Shown here piece by piece: positions 1 to 11,353 of a stretch of 64,000 nucleotides of DNA. Numbering within the stretch: the first letter of the stretch is position 1; each line of letters starts with the position of its first letter. The notes under the pieces were generated by a model that was given only the letters and a program-made list of their open reading frames with translations, was not told where the DNA came from and ran no database searches. Origin of the DNA: Candidatus Nomurabacteria bacterium GW2011_GWD2_36_14 (GTDB lineage Bacteria > Patescibacteriota > Minisyncoccia > Phycocordibacterales > UBA9973); the NCBI GenBank assembly GCA_000991405.1, contig LBRL01000001.1:145547-209546 (forward strand), read 5' to 3'. A program made the translations under genes and the position numbers.

Positions 1-334
1 GTCTTGCCTTCTGGGCTTGTATGAGCAAAGTAGCCCTTGGTAGCCATGTCTTCAGCTTTCATAGTGGCGGCTTTTACCAAGATAGGATTGGTGGTTAGAC
101 TTTGTAATTTCTCTGAATGACGTTCTTCATTTGTAAGGTTTGCTAGTACCGCTGGTAAGACTGCAGCCATGCCACCTGTTCTCTTGATATAAGTAAGAGT
201 TGGTATAAGGAAAGTGAAAATTTCTAGAAATATAATTAGAAAGACGATATTACGAGTATTGTTGCTTCGTAATATATGGGGACGATGATCGTTGCCATTG
301 TGTGGAATGAAGTGATTTTTAATCCAAGATATCA
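1..334 (-). CDS. CAP/YkwD-like secreted protein, 3'-partial (N-terminal part only; start ATG at 334)
   Basis: Manual translation of the minus strand gives MISWIKNH...TM segment...AAVLPAVLANLTNEERHSEKLQSLTTNPILVKAATMKAEDMATKGYFAHTSPEGKT. The GYFxHTSPxG stretch resembles CAP/YkwD-family proteins. The ORF runs off the window edge and is not in the supplied ORF track. Confidence 0.35.
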
Positions 335-353
335 TGTGTACATTATAACATAA

Positions 354-381
354 TAAAGTGCCACCTGTAAAGGTGGCACTT
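354..381 (-). terminator. Hairpin aaagtgccacc-tgtaa-ggtggcacttt downstream of the 390..1106 gene
   Basis: Perfect 11-bp stem directly after the stop codon of the minus-strand gene. Confidence 0.5.
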
Positions 382-389
382 TATGTAGT

Positions 390-1106
390 TTATTTGTTTA
401 GTGTTGCTCGTGTTGCAGGACCTACTAGACCATCACCTTTCAAGCTATTTGCAAGTTGGAATTTAATGACAGCTCCTTTAGTTTTAGGTCCAAAGAAACC
501 ATCGGCTTCTCCACAATTATATCCTGATGCATTCAATAATTTCTGAAGCTCTATGACCTCATTGCCCTTTGAGCCATTCTTCATTGGTTGTGTGAAGTGG
601 AACTTAGTTGCTCCTAGAACTGATCCTGGAGAAGTAATAATTCTTGTATCTCCAGAAAGATTGGAATTTGTAACAGAGAGAATCTGACCATTGTTCAAGG
701 TTACTTCTGCTACTACCTTAGAAGGAATTAGATTTTTACCATATTCACTTTCTCTGGTATTGGTAAAGTATCCATCTGCCGTATAATTAAACGAGCCTAG
801 AACATCAAATGGTGTTATGAATTCTGAACCTTTTATTTTGCCACTGACAGCTCGGTTCGTCTGGAGTAGAGTTGATCCTGAGTATAGTTTGATAACTATA
901 GATGAAGCATCGTCGAATTTAGCATCTTTGATACTAAATCCTACGTCGTATCCCTTCACGTTCCCTTGATTCCAAACTATAAAGTTTTGTGAAGACAAAG
1001 TGGCATTTGTAGCAGAGACTGTTTTAATATTTGCGACAAGACCACCTACGGCTAATACAAAAGTAAACATTAAGATAGAAAAGTTTTTAAAATTTATGTT
1101 TTTCAT
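390..1106 (-). CDS. Secreted protein with C-terminal peptidoglycan-binding (PG_binding_1-like) domain
   Basis: N-terminal signal/TM segment MKNINFKNFSILMFTFVLAVGG. The C-terminus, GNEVIELQKLLNASGYNCGEADGFFGPKTKGAVIKFQLANSLKGDGLVGPATRATL, matches the PG-binding repeat pattern. Confidence 0.6.
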   Translation of the reverse strand: MKNINFKNFSILMFTFVLAVGGLVANIKTVSATNATLSSQNFIVWNQGNVKGYDVGFSIKDAKFDDASSIVIKLYSGSTLLQTNRAVSGKIKGSEFITPFDVLGSFNYTADGYFTNTRESEYGKNLIPSKVVAEVTLNNGQILSVTNSNLSGDTRIITSPGSVLGATKFHFTQPMKNGSKGNEVIELQKLLNASGYNCGEADGFFGPKTKGAVIKFQLANSLKGDGLVGPATRATLNK

Positions 1107-1223
1107 GTTGATAAATATGTAATTAATAAATTAGGTCTTCATAATTATAGCACATATGATTAACCCATACCATATAGTATTACACTAAATACATATTTTG
1201 TCAAGCCTTAATAAAGTCATGTA

Positions 1224-1925
1224 TTATTTATTCAAATAATAAAGCCTTTTCTTTTCAGGAAGTCTTTCAATAGCATACCTGAGCATTGTACGTGGCATTT
1301 TATGGCTGTTAGTATCAAGGTATTTAGTAAGCTTATCTTCTCCTACCCTCTTCCCAACTTCTCGAAGCATCCATCCACAAGCCTTATGGATAAGATCGTG
1401 TTTATCATTCAATAGCATACTTACTATTCTGAAAGTCCACTCACTCTCACCTTTATATATAAATGCAAAGGTAGATATAATAGCGACTCTCCTTTCCCAA
1501 AGATTTTTAGACTTTGCTAGTTTTTCTAAAATATTTCTATTCTTATATATTAAATACTCTCCTACTATATATCCTGCCGACAAGTCTACTAGATCCCAAT
1601 TATTTATATACTTTGTATTTTTCAAATAAAATCTGATGATACTTTTTTTATCTTTTTCTAATTTAGCTTTTTTATATTTATGAACTAAAATTAAAATAGC
1701 AATCAATCTCACTTCATGGTATTTATTCTCTAAAAGTTTCGAGAGATCGCTAAATTCCAATTCATTATATTTTTTGGCAATACTTCTAGATACTGGTACT
1801 GTAATGCCTAGGAATTTATCTCCTTCCCCGTATTGACCTTGACCTGTCTTAAAGAATCTAACAAGTAGCTGTGCCTTCTCCTCATTCTTATGTGAAAGTA
1901 TTTCTTTTAAAATTTTGTTATACAT
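1224..1925 (-). CDS. DNA alkylation repair enzyme (AlkD/AlkC-like HEAT-repeat glycosylase family)
   Basis: All-helical, ~230 aa, with a NNWDLVD motif and the repeat pattern typical of the DNA_alkylation family. Confidence 0.5.
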   Translation of the reverse strand: MYNKILKEILSHKNEEKAQLLVRFFKTGQGQYGEGDKFLGITVPVSRSIAKKYNELEFSDLSKLLENKYHEVRLIAILILVHKYKKAKLEKDKKSIIRFYLKNTKYINNWDLVDLSAGYIVGEYLIYKNRNILEKLAKSKNLWERRVAIISTFAFIYKGESEWTFRIVSMLLNDKHDLIHKACGWMLREVGKRVGEDKLTKYLDTNSHKMPRTMLRYAIERLPEKKRLYYLNK

Positions 1926-1936
1926 ACATCAATTAT

Positions 1937-1967
1937 GGAATATAAGGAAGTCGGACTTCCTTATATT
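1937..1967 (-). terminator. Hairpin with core ggaagtcggacttcc between rarA stop and the next gene
   Basis: AT-extended stem around a 15-nt palindromic core. The same core (1 nt different) recurs at 25645..25659. Confidence 0.45.
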
Positions 1968-1988
1968 ATATTCAATATATTTTGATTT

Positions 1989-3158
1989 TTATGATTTCTT
2001 TTTGTTTATTAAGTATTTTCTGTTTTTTAACTTTTCAGGAAGAAGGTCTTTGCTTGTATATTTCTCATAATTCTTGCCGTATCCTATTTCTTTATTTAGC
2101 TTAGTAGTAGGGTTTCGGATTTCTAGTGGGATAGGTAGATTCCCATACTTGACTACGTCTTCCTTTGACTTCAGATACGCATCATAAGCTCGCCTGTCCT
2201 TTGGCGCCTCTGACAAATAGACGACTCCATGAGCCAAGTTTTCCCCACATTCAGGCATGTCTATAGTAGTAACAGCTTGGAAGACTGCATTTGCCACGAC
2301 TAGAGCTGTAGGTAGAGCGAGCCCTATATCTTCACTGGCAAAGACGACCATACGACGAGCTATGAACTTGGGATCTTCTCCGGCTTCTAGCATTCTGTTC
2401 ATATAGTATAGGGCAGCATCGGGCTGTGAGGCTCGCATACTCTTTATAAATGCACTTATAGTATTGTAGTGTTCATCCCCCTTTTTATCATAACGAAGAT
2501 ACTTGGACTGGAGAGTATTTTTAAAATTCTCTATAGTTATTTCTTTATATAAAGATACGGTATTTTCTATCATGGCTAGAGCTTGGCGGGCATCTCCCTT
2601 TGCCATAGATACGAGCCAGTCAGTCGCATCTTTCTTCATTTTGTGTCCGGTACTTTTAATAATCTTTCGCATGTCTTCATCTGTCAGTTCTTCAAGTACG
2701 AAGACTCGGCAACGTGAAAGAAGCGCAGGAATAACCTCAAAGCTTGGATTCTCTGTCGTAGCCCCGATCAATACAAGCCTTCCACTCTCTACATAAGGCA
2801 GGAGGAAATCTTGCTGAGCTTTATTAAAACGATGTATTTCATCTAAGAATAAAATTCGAGGGCCGAGAAGAGCTCCACTTACTTTACCTTCTACAATCTG
2901 ACGAATGTCATCTTTGCCAGCAGAGACCGCGGAAAGCTCATGATAGTCAGCATTTAAGGCCTTAGCATATATTCTAGCCAGAGTGGTCTTCCCTACTCCC
3001 GGTGGTCCCCAAAGTATAAATGAGAAAATATGCCTCTCTTTGATAGCAATAGAAATCGGCCTCCCCTCTCCTACAAGGTGTTCTTGTCCTATGAATTCCT
3101 TTAAACTTTTTGGTCGTAATTTTGAAGCCAGTGGTTCCATGAGTAGATTATATATCAA
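1989..3158 (-). CDS. rarA: Replication-associated recombination protein A (AAA+ ATPase RarA/MgsA)
   Basis: Walker A LWGPPGVGKTTLARIYA, FLDEIHRFNKAQQD, and a C-terminal MgsA-type domain. Confidence 0.85.
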   Translation of the reverse strand: MIYNLLMEPLASKLRPKSLKEFIGQEHLVGEGRPISIAIKERHIFSFILWGPPGVGKTTLARIYAKALNADYHELSAVSAGKDDIRQIVEGKVSGALLGPRILFLDEIHRFNKAQQDFLLPYVESGRLVLIGATTENPSFEVIPALLSRCRVFVLEELTDEDMRKIIKSTGHKMKKDATDWLVSMAKGDARQALAMIENTVSLYKEITIENFKNTLQSKYLRYDKKGDEHYNTISAFIKSMRASQPDAALYYMNRMLEAGEDPKFIARRMVVFASEDIGLALPTALVVANAVFQAVTTIDMPECGENLAHGVVYLSEAPKDRRAYDAYLKSKEDVVKYGNLPIPLEIRNPTTKLNKEIGYGKNYEKYTSKDLLPEKLKNRKYLINKKKS

Positions 3159-3211
3159 TTTGTGATAACAGTGCTACTATTGACTATCTTGTTTAAAAGT
3201 ATTATAAATAT

Positions 3212-3655
3212 ATGGAAATTCACATAAACAGTAACCAAAAAATTACCATTATGGACTCAATTATTTTTATTCTAGTAGTTATTTGTATTTTATTTGTTGT
3301 ATTTAGTAGTGTTTTAAAAACTGCTAAATTAAAGAAAAAAATATTAGATTTCTTCCTTTCTCTTTTGCCTGAAAAGGTAATTATAAGTGGCGAACTTGTA
3401 AGTGTCTTTATAAAAAATGGATTCTATCCATTTTTTGCTTCAGTAGATAACTTAACAATTTCTTTTGATACTTCAAGAGGTGTACCCATTGACTTTTATT
3501 ATATAAAGATATGGGATCCTCAAAAGGATGAATATCATACAATTGAAGTGGATTTTAATTTGTATGAGTCTATGCAAAAGAGATTAGAAGATTTAGAGTT
3601 AAGTCTTTCTATTTTTTGTAAAAAAAATCCATGGAATGGTGAGCTATACATATAA
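3212..3655 (+). CDS. Hypothetical membrane-anchored protein
   Basis: ORF with an N-terminal hydrophobic segment and no recognisable domain. It is the only + strand ORF in a minus-strand block. Confidence 0.3.
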   Translation: MEIHINSNQKITIMDSIIFILVVICILFVVFSSVLKTAKLKKKILDFFLSLLPEKVIISGELVSVFIKNGFYPFFASVDNLTISFDTSRGVPIDFYYIKIWDPQKDEYHTIEVDFNLYESMQKRLEDLELSLSIFCKKNPWNGELYI

Positions 3656-3710
3656 TGTTTTTGTTTTTAAAATAAAATGCCTATCTTTGTAAAAAAGGTA
3701 GGCATTTAAT

Positions 3711-4157
3711 TTATTTCCTATATTTTTTATTCTTCCACTTATCAGCGATTTTGACACGAGTGAGTGAGCGTTCGAGTTCTGTTTCAAAGTGTTCGAAGTC
3801 TACTATCTCTTTGTTCTCTGCAAGCTTTCTCAACTCTTCTGACTTTGCTTTTGCTTTCTCTATGACTTCATCTGAAAGTTCTGATATGTGCTCTGCGAAG
3901 TCTGCAAGTATAGCCACTTCACTCTGGCCTTCTTCATTATTCTTTACTTCTACGAATCCTCCAACGACAGCGATAGGTATATGCTCCCCAGAAACAAAAG
4001 CTACTATATCACCAGATGAAAGTGGAGCTATAAGAGGTACATGATTTGGCAAGATTGTTATCTCTCCTTCTTTGGTAGGAATTGTAACTTGCTCTACCAA
4101 TTCTTCGAGAATTAGTTTTTCGGGGGTGACTATTTTAAGTTGTAGTAATTTTGACAT
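3711..4157 (-). CDS. atpC: F1 ATP synthase epsilon subunit
   Basis: LQLKIVTPEKLILEELVEQVTIPTKEGEITILPNHVPLIAPL matches the epsilon beta-sandwich, and it is the last gene of the atp operon. Confidence 0.85.
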   Translation of the reverse strand: MSKLLQLKIVTPEKLILEELVEQVTIPTKEGEITILPNHVPLIAPLSSGDIVAFVSGEHIPIAVVGGFVEVKNNEEGQSEVAILADFAEHISELSDEVIEKAKAKSEELRKLAENKEIVDFEHFETELERSLTRVKIADKWKNKKYRK

Positions 4158-4185
4158 ATATTTTGTATTTTTCTCCCCCTGCTAA

Positions 4186-4279
4186 GGGGGAGTGCCCGTA
4201 GGGCGAGGGGGTTTGATTAATTAAAATTTTTCTCTTTGAGGCTTGACCTCGGGCTCTCTTGAGGTCAAGCCTCTTCCCG
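4186..4279. repeat. GC-rich intercistronic hairpin cluster (atpD|atpC spacer): ctccccc-tgctaa-gggggag, 22-mer ggagtgcccgtagggcgagggg, and gaggcttgacctc-gggctctctt-gaggtcaagcctc-ttcccg
   Basis: Perfect palindromes in an otherwise AT-rich spacer. The second hairpin has a covarying homolog at 5706..5748. The 22-mer recurs reverse-complemented at 12428..12449. Confidence 0.7.
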
Positions 4280-4286
4280 AAAAATT

Positions 4287-5669
<1,383 letters not shown>

Positions 5670-5705
5670 TTAATAATATTGATAATAATTTTGTTAGGCT
5701 CCTTT

Positions 5706-5748
5706 AGGCCTTGCCTCTGGGCTCCTTTTGAGGCAAGGCCTCTTCCCG
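5706..5748. repeat. GC-rich intercistronic hairpin aggccttgcctc-tgggctcctttt-gaggcaaggcct-cttcccg (atpG|atpD spacer)
   Basis: Same architecture, loop core (gggctc..ttgagg) and 3' tail (cctcttcccg) as 4238..4279, with compensatory stem changes. Confidence 0.7.
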
Positions 5749-5749
5749 C

Positions 5750-6670
5750 CTAGCTCACTGATGCCATTCCCGCACTAATCTCTGATATCTCTTGGGTAAT
5801 ACTTGCCTGGCGAGCCTTGTTGAATACCAATGTCAGATCGTCTATCATTTCTCCTGCAGCTTCCGAGGCATTCTTCATGGCCATCATTCTACTGGACTGT
5901 TCCGATGCGCTCGACTCGAGTATCATGTGGTATATCTGCATTCGGACTAATTTCTCTGCAAGTGATTCTATAATTTCGTTCATATCCCCCTCAAAGATGT
6001 ATGGAATTGGTTGTTTGTTCGTATCTAGCATTTCCATCTTTTTATTTTCACCTAGTCTTTCAATCAATTTCTTTAACTCTAGTTGTTGAATTGGTAGGAT
6101 TTGTTTTACTCGGGGTTTTTGATTTAGGGCCGACACAAAGTCTGTATAAGCAATATAAACTTTATTGTATTTAGTTGATTTAAATTCATCTATAATCATT
6201 TTCGACATAGGTAGAACATCCGAGAGGTTACTATTGTCGGGAAGATCAAGGAATGAAGCAGTGACATTTTGTCCAGTTCTTCGCATTGCATTGTCCCCCT
6301 TCTTTCCAATTGAAATAATGTCTACGTTAGATGTGTCAATTTCCCTTAAGGAAAGAATGGACTTTTTAATTATTTGAGAATTATATGCTCCACAAAGGCC
6401 ACCATTGGAAGTAATCAGAACAAACAATGTTTTATCTACTTTGTTTTTTGTTTCTTTGTGACCGTTAAAGAATGGCTGATCGATATCTCCCATTCTTTCA
6501 GATAAGGAAGTCAAAAGTTCCCAAGAATAGTTCGCATAAAGACGAGAAGAAAGAGCCTTGGAGATAGCACGCTTCATCTTCGAAGCTGCTACGAGTTCCA
6601 TCGCTTTTGTAATCTTCTTTGTGTTCTTCACACTCTTTATTCTTTGTTTTATTTCTTTTGTACCGGCCAT
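5750..6670 (-). CDS. atpG: F1 ATP synthase gamma subunit
   Basis: 306 aa with N- and C-terminal helices (MAGTKEIKQRIKSVKNTKKITKAMELVAASKMKRA ... ARQASITQEISEI). Confidence 0.9.
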   Translation of the reverse strand: MAGTKEIKQRIKSVKNTKKITKAMELVAASKMKRAISKALSSRLYANYSWELLTSLSERMGDIDQPFFNGHKETKNKVDKTLFVLITSNGGLCGAYNSQIIKKSILSLREIDTSNVDIISIGKKGDNAMRRTGQNVTASFLDLPDNSNLSDVLPMSKMIIDEFKSTKYNKVYIAYTDFVSALNQKPRVKQILPIQQLELKKLIERLGENKKMEMLDTNKQPIPYIFEGDMNEIIESLAEKLVRMQIYHMILESSASEQSSRMMAMKNASEAAGEMIDDLTLVFNKARQASITQEISEISAGMASVS

Positions 6671-6672
6671 AT

Positions 6673-8175
6673 TTATTTATTAAAACTTATTACGAATTCT
6701 TCAATTACTTTTTTAAGTTCAGCTTCACCTGCATCTGTCCACATCTTTGTGTCGGTAACTTCTTTGTAGAAAGTCTTTGCATTCTTTCCGGCGTACTCTG
6801 CGAGGCCTATTTCAAACTCTTTTATCTTTTCTACTTTCACTTCATCCATATATCCATTAATAAGAGCATAAAGAGTTACGACTTGGTCTACAGTTCCTAC
6901 TGGTGCGTACTGAGGTTGTTTCAAGACTTCTACAGCTCTCTTTCCACGTTCTAGTTGCTTCTTTGTGCCTTCATCAAGGTCTGAGCCGAATTGAGCGAAA
7001 GCTTCAAGTTCACGATATTGAGCAAGCTCAAGCTTGATCTTACCTGCTACTTTCTTCATAGCTTTAATCTGAGCTGTTCCTCCTACACGTGACACGGAAA
7101 GTCCAACGTTTACAGCAGGGCGAATACCCTTGTAGAACAAGTCCGTCTCTAGGAATATCTGACCGTCAGTAATAGAAATAACATTTGTTGGAATATAGGC
7201 AGATACATCTCCAGCTTGAGTTTCGATAATTGGCAATGCTGTAATAGATCCACCACCGTATTCTTTGTTTCTTCTACAAGCACGTTCAAGTAAACGTGAG
7301 TGCAAATAGAAGACGTCCCCTGGGTACGCTTCACGTCCTGGTGGACGACGAAGTAGAAGTGATATCTCACGGTAAGCCACAGCGTGCTTGGATAGGTCAT
7401 CGTAAATAATCAGAACATCCTTTCCTTGATCCATGAAGTATTCAGCAATAGATACTCCAGTATAAGGTGCAATGTATGCTAGAGATGCAGGCTCGGAAGC
7501 TCCAGCTGATACCATAATTGTATAGTCCATAGCGCCACCTTCTTCTAGACGAGTTTGTAATTTACGAAGTTTTGAGTCTTTCTGTCCAATAGATACGTAA
7601 ACACAAATCATGTTTTGACCCTTCTGGTTTAGGATTGTATCAATAGCGATAGCAGTCTTACCTGTCTGACGGTCACCAATGATAAGCTCACGCTGTCCAC
7701 GTCCAATAGGAATAAGAGCATCAATAGCCTTGATTCCGGTTTGAACTGGCTGGTCAACTGATAGACGGGTAATAACTCCTGGAGCAACTTTCTCAATAGG
7801 ATTTCTCTTGTCACTTTTGATAGTGCCTTTCCCATCAATAGGCTCACCCAATGCATTTAGAACTCTTCCTATTTGTGTATCTGATACTGGAACTGAAAGA
7901 ATCTGTCCTGTAGCCTTTACTTCTTCACCTTCATGAATTTTTGAAAAGTCACCGAGAATAATAATACCCACAGTATCTTCTTCAAGGTTCAAGGCCACAC
8001 CGCTTGCTCCACTAGCAAATGTCACCATCTCTGATGCTTTCAAGTCTGAGAGTCCAGAGACACGAGCAATACCATCAAATATTTCAACTACGTGTCCTAC
8101 CTTCTCTGACTTTGTGTCTGACTGGAATTTCTCTATTTGCTTTCTTAAATTTTCTACAATGTGATTTTTGCTCAT
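6673..8175 (-). CDS. atpA: F1 ATP synthase alpha subunit
   Basis: [19 protein letters not shown] Walker A, 500 aa. Confidence 0.95.
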   Translation of the reverse strand: MSKNHIVENLRKQIEKFQSDTKSEKVGHVVEIFDGIARVSGLSDLKASEMVTFASGASGVALNLEEDTVGIIILGDFSKIHEGEEVKATGQILSVPVSDTQIGRVLNALGEPIDGKGTIKSDKRNPIEKVAPGVITRLSVDQPVQTGIKAIDALIPIGRGQRELIIGDRQTGKTAIAIDTILNQKGQNMICVYVSIGQKDSKLRKLQTRLEEGGAMDYTIMVSAGASEPASLAYIAPYTGVSIAEYFMDQGKDVLIIYDDLSKHAVAYREISLLLRRPPGREAYPGDVFYLHSRLLERACRRNKEYGGGSITALPIIETQAGDVSAYIPTNVISITDGQIFLETDLFYKGIRPAVNVGLSVSRVGGTAQIKAMKKVAGKIKLELAQYRELEAFAQFGSDLDEGTKKQLERGKRAVEVLKQPQYAPVGTVDQVVTLYALINGYMDEVKVEKIKEFEIGLAEYAGKNAKTFYKEVTDTKMWTDAGEAELKKVIEEFVISFNK

Positions 8176-8176
8176 A

Positions 8177-8584
8177 TTAGTTTGTTATTAAATAAGTTTG
8201 TAATTGATGTATTTTATTGGCTAATGTTGTGTCTATGATGTCGTCTCCTATTTCTATCTTTATTCCTCCGAGAAGTTTTGGATTAATGATACTTTCTAGT
8301 ATTACTTCTTTCGCTTTGTATTTCTTCTTTATGGATTCCTTTACTTCTTGCTCCATCTTTTCGTTCAGTTTTGAGCTAGTGCTGACTTTCGCTTTAACTA
8401 TTCCCTCTTCTTTGTCGATAATATCTTCTAGTGACTTCAATATTTCTTTCTTCTTACTCATCAGACTTTTGTCTCTCATAAATATGACACTTTTGGACAA
8501 TACAGAGTCTAGCTCTGCCCCACCTTTATCTAAAGATGATTCATATATTGCACGAGCTAAGTTTTTAATGGATATACTTGCCAT
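8177..8584 (-). CDS. atpH: F1 ATP synthase delta (OSCP) subunit, short form
   Basis: Sits between atpF and atpA and has an OSCP-like C-terminus ([22 protein letters not shown]). Confidence 0.6.
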   Translation of the reverse strand: MASISIKNLARAIYESSLDKGGAELDSVLSKSVIFMRDKSLMSKKKEILKSLEDIIDKEEGIVKAKVSTSSKLNEKMEQEVKESIKKKYKAKEVILESIINPKLLGGIKIEIGDDIIDTTLANKIHQLQTYLITN

Positions 8585-8590
8585 AATGAT

Positions 8591-9085
8591 TTAACTAATT
8601 TTCTTTATTTCTTCTAAAGCTTTCTTGTCGAAAGATTCATCCTTGTGAGTTTCTAGCAATTTCTCAGTTGCTTTCACTACTAGAGACACTATTTCAGTCT
8701 TGGCTTCCTCTATCATTTTATTCTTTTCCGATTCCAAGACTTTTTTGCCATTTACTATCATGTTTTCTACCTCAAGACTTGCACTGGCAAGCATTTCCTT
8801 CTTCTTCTCTTCGGCTTCCTTTTTGCCATCTTGGAATATAGTATGAGCTTCTTGTCGAGCTTTTGCTATAACTTCATCGTACTCAGCCTTTGTGCTTTTT
8901 AATATTTCAGCATTTTTTACTGCATCATTTAGACCACCTTCTATTCTTTCTGATCTTTCTTTCATTAACTTCTTAAGAGGTTTAAGTGCTAGGTATTGCA
9001 ATATGAAAAGAACAACTACAAAGTTGATAGCTTGGGCTATTATAATTTTCCAATCTATATGAAATGTCTCGATAAATGAATCCAT
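8591..9085 (-). CDS. atpF: Fo ATP synthase subunit b
   Basis: N-terminal TM segment followed by a long charged coiled coil. Position in the operon fits. Confidence 0.75.
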   Translation of the reverse strand: MDSFIETFHIDWKIIIAQAINFVVVLFILQYLALKPLKKLMKERSERIEGGLNDAVKNAEILKSTKAEYDEVIAKARQEAHTIFQDGKKEAEEKKKEMLASASLEVENMIVNGKKVLESEKNKMIEEAKTEIVSLVVKATEKLLETHKDESFDKKALEEIKKIS

Positions 9086-9193
9086 GGGTATTTTAATTAA
9101 AAATTAAGAATTAATAATTGAACAAAAGAAGCTTTGCTCCTTACTCCTAGTCATTTGTGATAGAAACAAACGACCAGATGTAAATAGTAAAAA

Positions 9194-9424
<231 letters not shown>

Positions 9425-9446
9425 CTAATAATGATTGACCTTTAAA

Positions 9447-10340
9447 TTAATGTGCTTCTTTCAGCTCTCCTTTATTACCATGATCCTTAGCCTCGTCATG
9501 CTCCTCATGATCGGTACTAGAGATAGTATAGTAAACGAGAGTTAAAATAGCGAAAATAAATGCCTGTATTACTCCTACCATTACTTCTAAAAGTAAAAAT
9601 GGTGTAGGTAAGAGATAAGCCATAATAGCACCCATAGAAGCTAGAAGTACTTCTCCAGCAAATACGTTACCGAAGAGACGGAACGAGAGCGAAGCTACTT
9701 TAGCAAATTCACCCACTAATTCTAGTATTCCTACCGCAAACATGATAGGAGCTGTCATTAGAATCATTGGGTCCTTTTTAATCTTGGTAAATATACTCCC
9801 AAGCGCACTTAGATTAACATATTTATTGATAGTTTTCCAGAGACCGATAGAAATAATACCGAAAATATTGGCTCCAATGACGGACATAATAGCTAAGGGT
9901 AAGGTTCCATTAATATCAGCTGTTCCTGAGCGTATAAGAGGAATAAACATTTTTCCATGCTCACCCATTTCTACAAGTCCAAATCCACCTAGAGGGAAAA
10001 TTCCTATCCAGTTATTGAATAGAACGATTATGAATACTGTGAAGACTATGGGGAATGCTTTGTTCGTAATGGCTCGGCTGTTTGTAACTTGGTCGCAGAG
10101 AGACTCTGCTCCTTCTATAACTATTTCAAATATATTCTGTATTCCTCTTGGAACTTTTTTAAGTTTAGATTTTATAACAACTGCCAAGGTGATTAAAATG
10201 AAGACCACTATCCAACTAGTAAAGAGAGCGTTGGTGACAGTAAAATCTCCTATATGGAAGATTGGTTCTGCAAAAAGTGTTGATTCGTGAGTTATTTCGT
10301 TATTTGCACTTAATTCGTTTGTTGGAATTTCTGTAGACAT
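9447..10340 (-). CDS. atpB: Fo ATP synthase subunit a
   Basis: Polytopic membrane protein carrying the conserved R in ...SLSFRLFGNVFAGEVLL. Confidence 0.85.
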   Translation of the reverse strand: MSTEIPTNELSANNEITHESTLFAEPIFHIGDFTVTNALFTSWIVVFILITLAVVIKSKLKKVPRGIQNIFEIVIEGAESLCDQVTNSRAITNKAFPIVFTVFIIVLFNNWIGIFPLGGFGLVEMGEHGKMFIPLIRSGTADINGTLPLAIMSVIGANIFGIISIGLWKTINKYVNLSALGSIFTKIKKDPMILMTAPIMFAVGILELVGEFAKVASLSFRLFGNVFAGEVLLASMGAIMAYLLPTPFLLLEVMVGVIQAFIFAILTLVYYTISSTDHEEHDEAKDHGNKGELKEAH

Positions 10341-10341
10341 A

Positions 10342-10602
10342 TTATTTATTATTTAAATTTTCTTCTTTTTCTATTTTCTTTTTATAAATTTTCATTTCTT
10401 TCCATATTAGATAAATTGTCGAAAGGAAAGCTATACCTATTAAAACTAAAAACAGTAAATTGCCAGTATTATATTTTTGATCTAGATATTTTCCAGCAAA
10501 TGAAGCTATTACAACGGGGGCAGCAATATATGCTGAGACTTTTACAAAGATAATCACCCCATCTCTCCACCAAGGTATTTTGTTGTTTTTGTTATTTTCC
10601 AT
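10342..10602 (-). CDS. Small two-TM protein at the head of the atp operon (AtpZ/AtpI-like)
   Basis: 86 aa with two hydrophobic helices, immediately upstream of atpB. Confidence 0.4.
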   Translation of the reverse strand: MENNKNNKIPWWRDGVIIFVKVSAYIAAPVVIASFAGKYLDQKYNTGNLLFLVLIGIAFLSTIYLIWKEMKIYKKKIEKEENLNNK

Positions 10603-10635
10603 ATTAATAACACCAAGAAAAGGCTAAAAGCCTTG

Positions 10636-10707
10636 TGCGTGTGCTTGGAATCGGACCAAGGACCTCTGTCTTATCAGGACAGCGTTCTACCACTGAACTA
10701 CACACGC
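10636..10707 (-). tRNA. tRNA-Ile (anticodon GAU)
   Basis: Reverse complement folds as a cloverleaf: acceptor GCGTGTG/CACACGC, D-arm GTTC-AGTGGTA-GAAC, anticodon stem CTGTC/GACAG with loop CTGATAA, T-arm CTTGG-TTCGATT-CCAAG, discriminator A. No CCA is encoded. Confidence 0.85.
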
Positions 10708-10834
10708 AATAACACTAACAAAATCTATCCTTAAATATCAAAAGAACAGCCACATTGTATCAAAAAATCCTTTGTTTTGCAAACTAAAATCCCCCACTCT
10801 TGCGAGTAAGGGATTTTAGTTCAGGATAATATAA

Positions 10835-11119
10835 TTATCTGCGGAAACCTCCACCATTTTGTGGACGCTCTTCCATAGGACGAGCTTCGTTCACTGTAAG
10901 ATTTCTTCCTCCGAAATCTTTACCATCAAACATTGAGATTGCTGTAGCTGCATCGGCATCGTTTTCCATTTCTACGAAACCGAAACCTTTTGAGCGACCT
11001 GTCATCTTATCCATAATAATGGTTGCTGAAGCGACAGCTCCTGCAGCACTGAAATGAGCACTAAGCTCATCATTTGTTGTTGAGTAAGGTAACCCACCAA
11101 CATACAACTTTTTTGCCAT
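10835..11119 (-). CDS. RNA-binding protein with a single RRM domain and a Gly/Arg-rich tail
   Basis: MAKKLYVGGLPY (RNP2) ... KGFGFVEM (RNP1). The track ORF starts at 11140, and MAKKLYVGG at 11119 is the more likely start. Confidence 0.8.
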   Translation of the reverse strand: MAKKLYVGGLPYSTTNDELSAHFSAAGAVASATIIMDKMTGRSKGFGFVEMENDADAATAISMFDGKDFGGRNLTVNEARPMEERPQNGGGFRR

Positions 11120-11289
11120 ATATGACAATGTGCTTCTCATAGCGATACTTTCATATCCACTACTTGAAGAAAACTAATTTATAAATGTAATCGCGAAGCT
11201 GATTTCATTTACATACCTCAATGTCCAAAAGAATTTAGCACAACGAAGAATGAAACTAATACCAAAACATAAGCTAACTACTGGGCGGA

Positions 11290-11318
11290 ATTATACCAGA
11301 GATAGGAAAATATAGCAA
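11290..11318 (-). promoter_or_regulatory. Candidate sigma70-type promoter for the RRM gene (-35 TTGCTA, 17-nt spacer, -10 TATAAT)
   Basis: Read on the minus strand: TTGCTAtattttcctatctctggTATAAT. This implies a ~160-nt leader. Confidence 0.4.
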
Positions 11319-11324
11319 CACCCC

Positions 11325-11345
11325 GAGCTAGGCAAGACCTAGCTC
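11325..11345 (-). terminator. Hairpin gagctagg-caaga-cctagctc
   Basis: Contains the 15-mer ctaggcaagacctag. This 15-mer is also the core of the cysS terminator in the opposite orientation and, with 1 mismatch, of the trpB terminator. Confidence 0.4.
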
Positions 11346-11353
11346 AAAGATAG

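Noticed and set aside
2503-2796. Numerous 60-190-aa antisense ORFs in the track overlapping rarA, atp genes, dnaK, the histidine kinase and others
   Set aside because: They lie antisense to strongly supported conserved genes and have low-complexity composition with no motifs. They are treated as noise.
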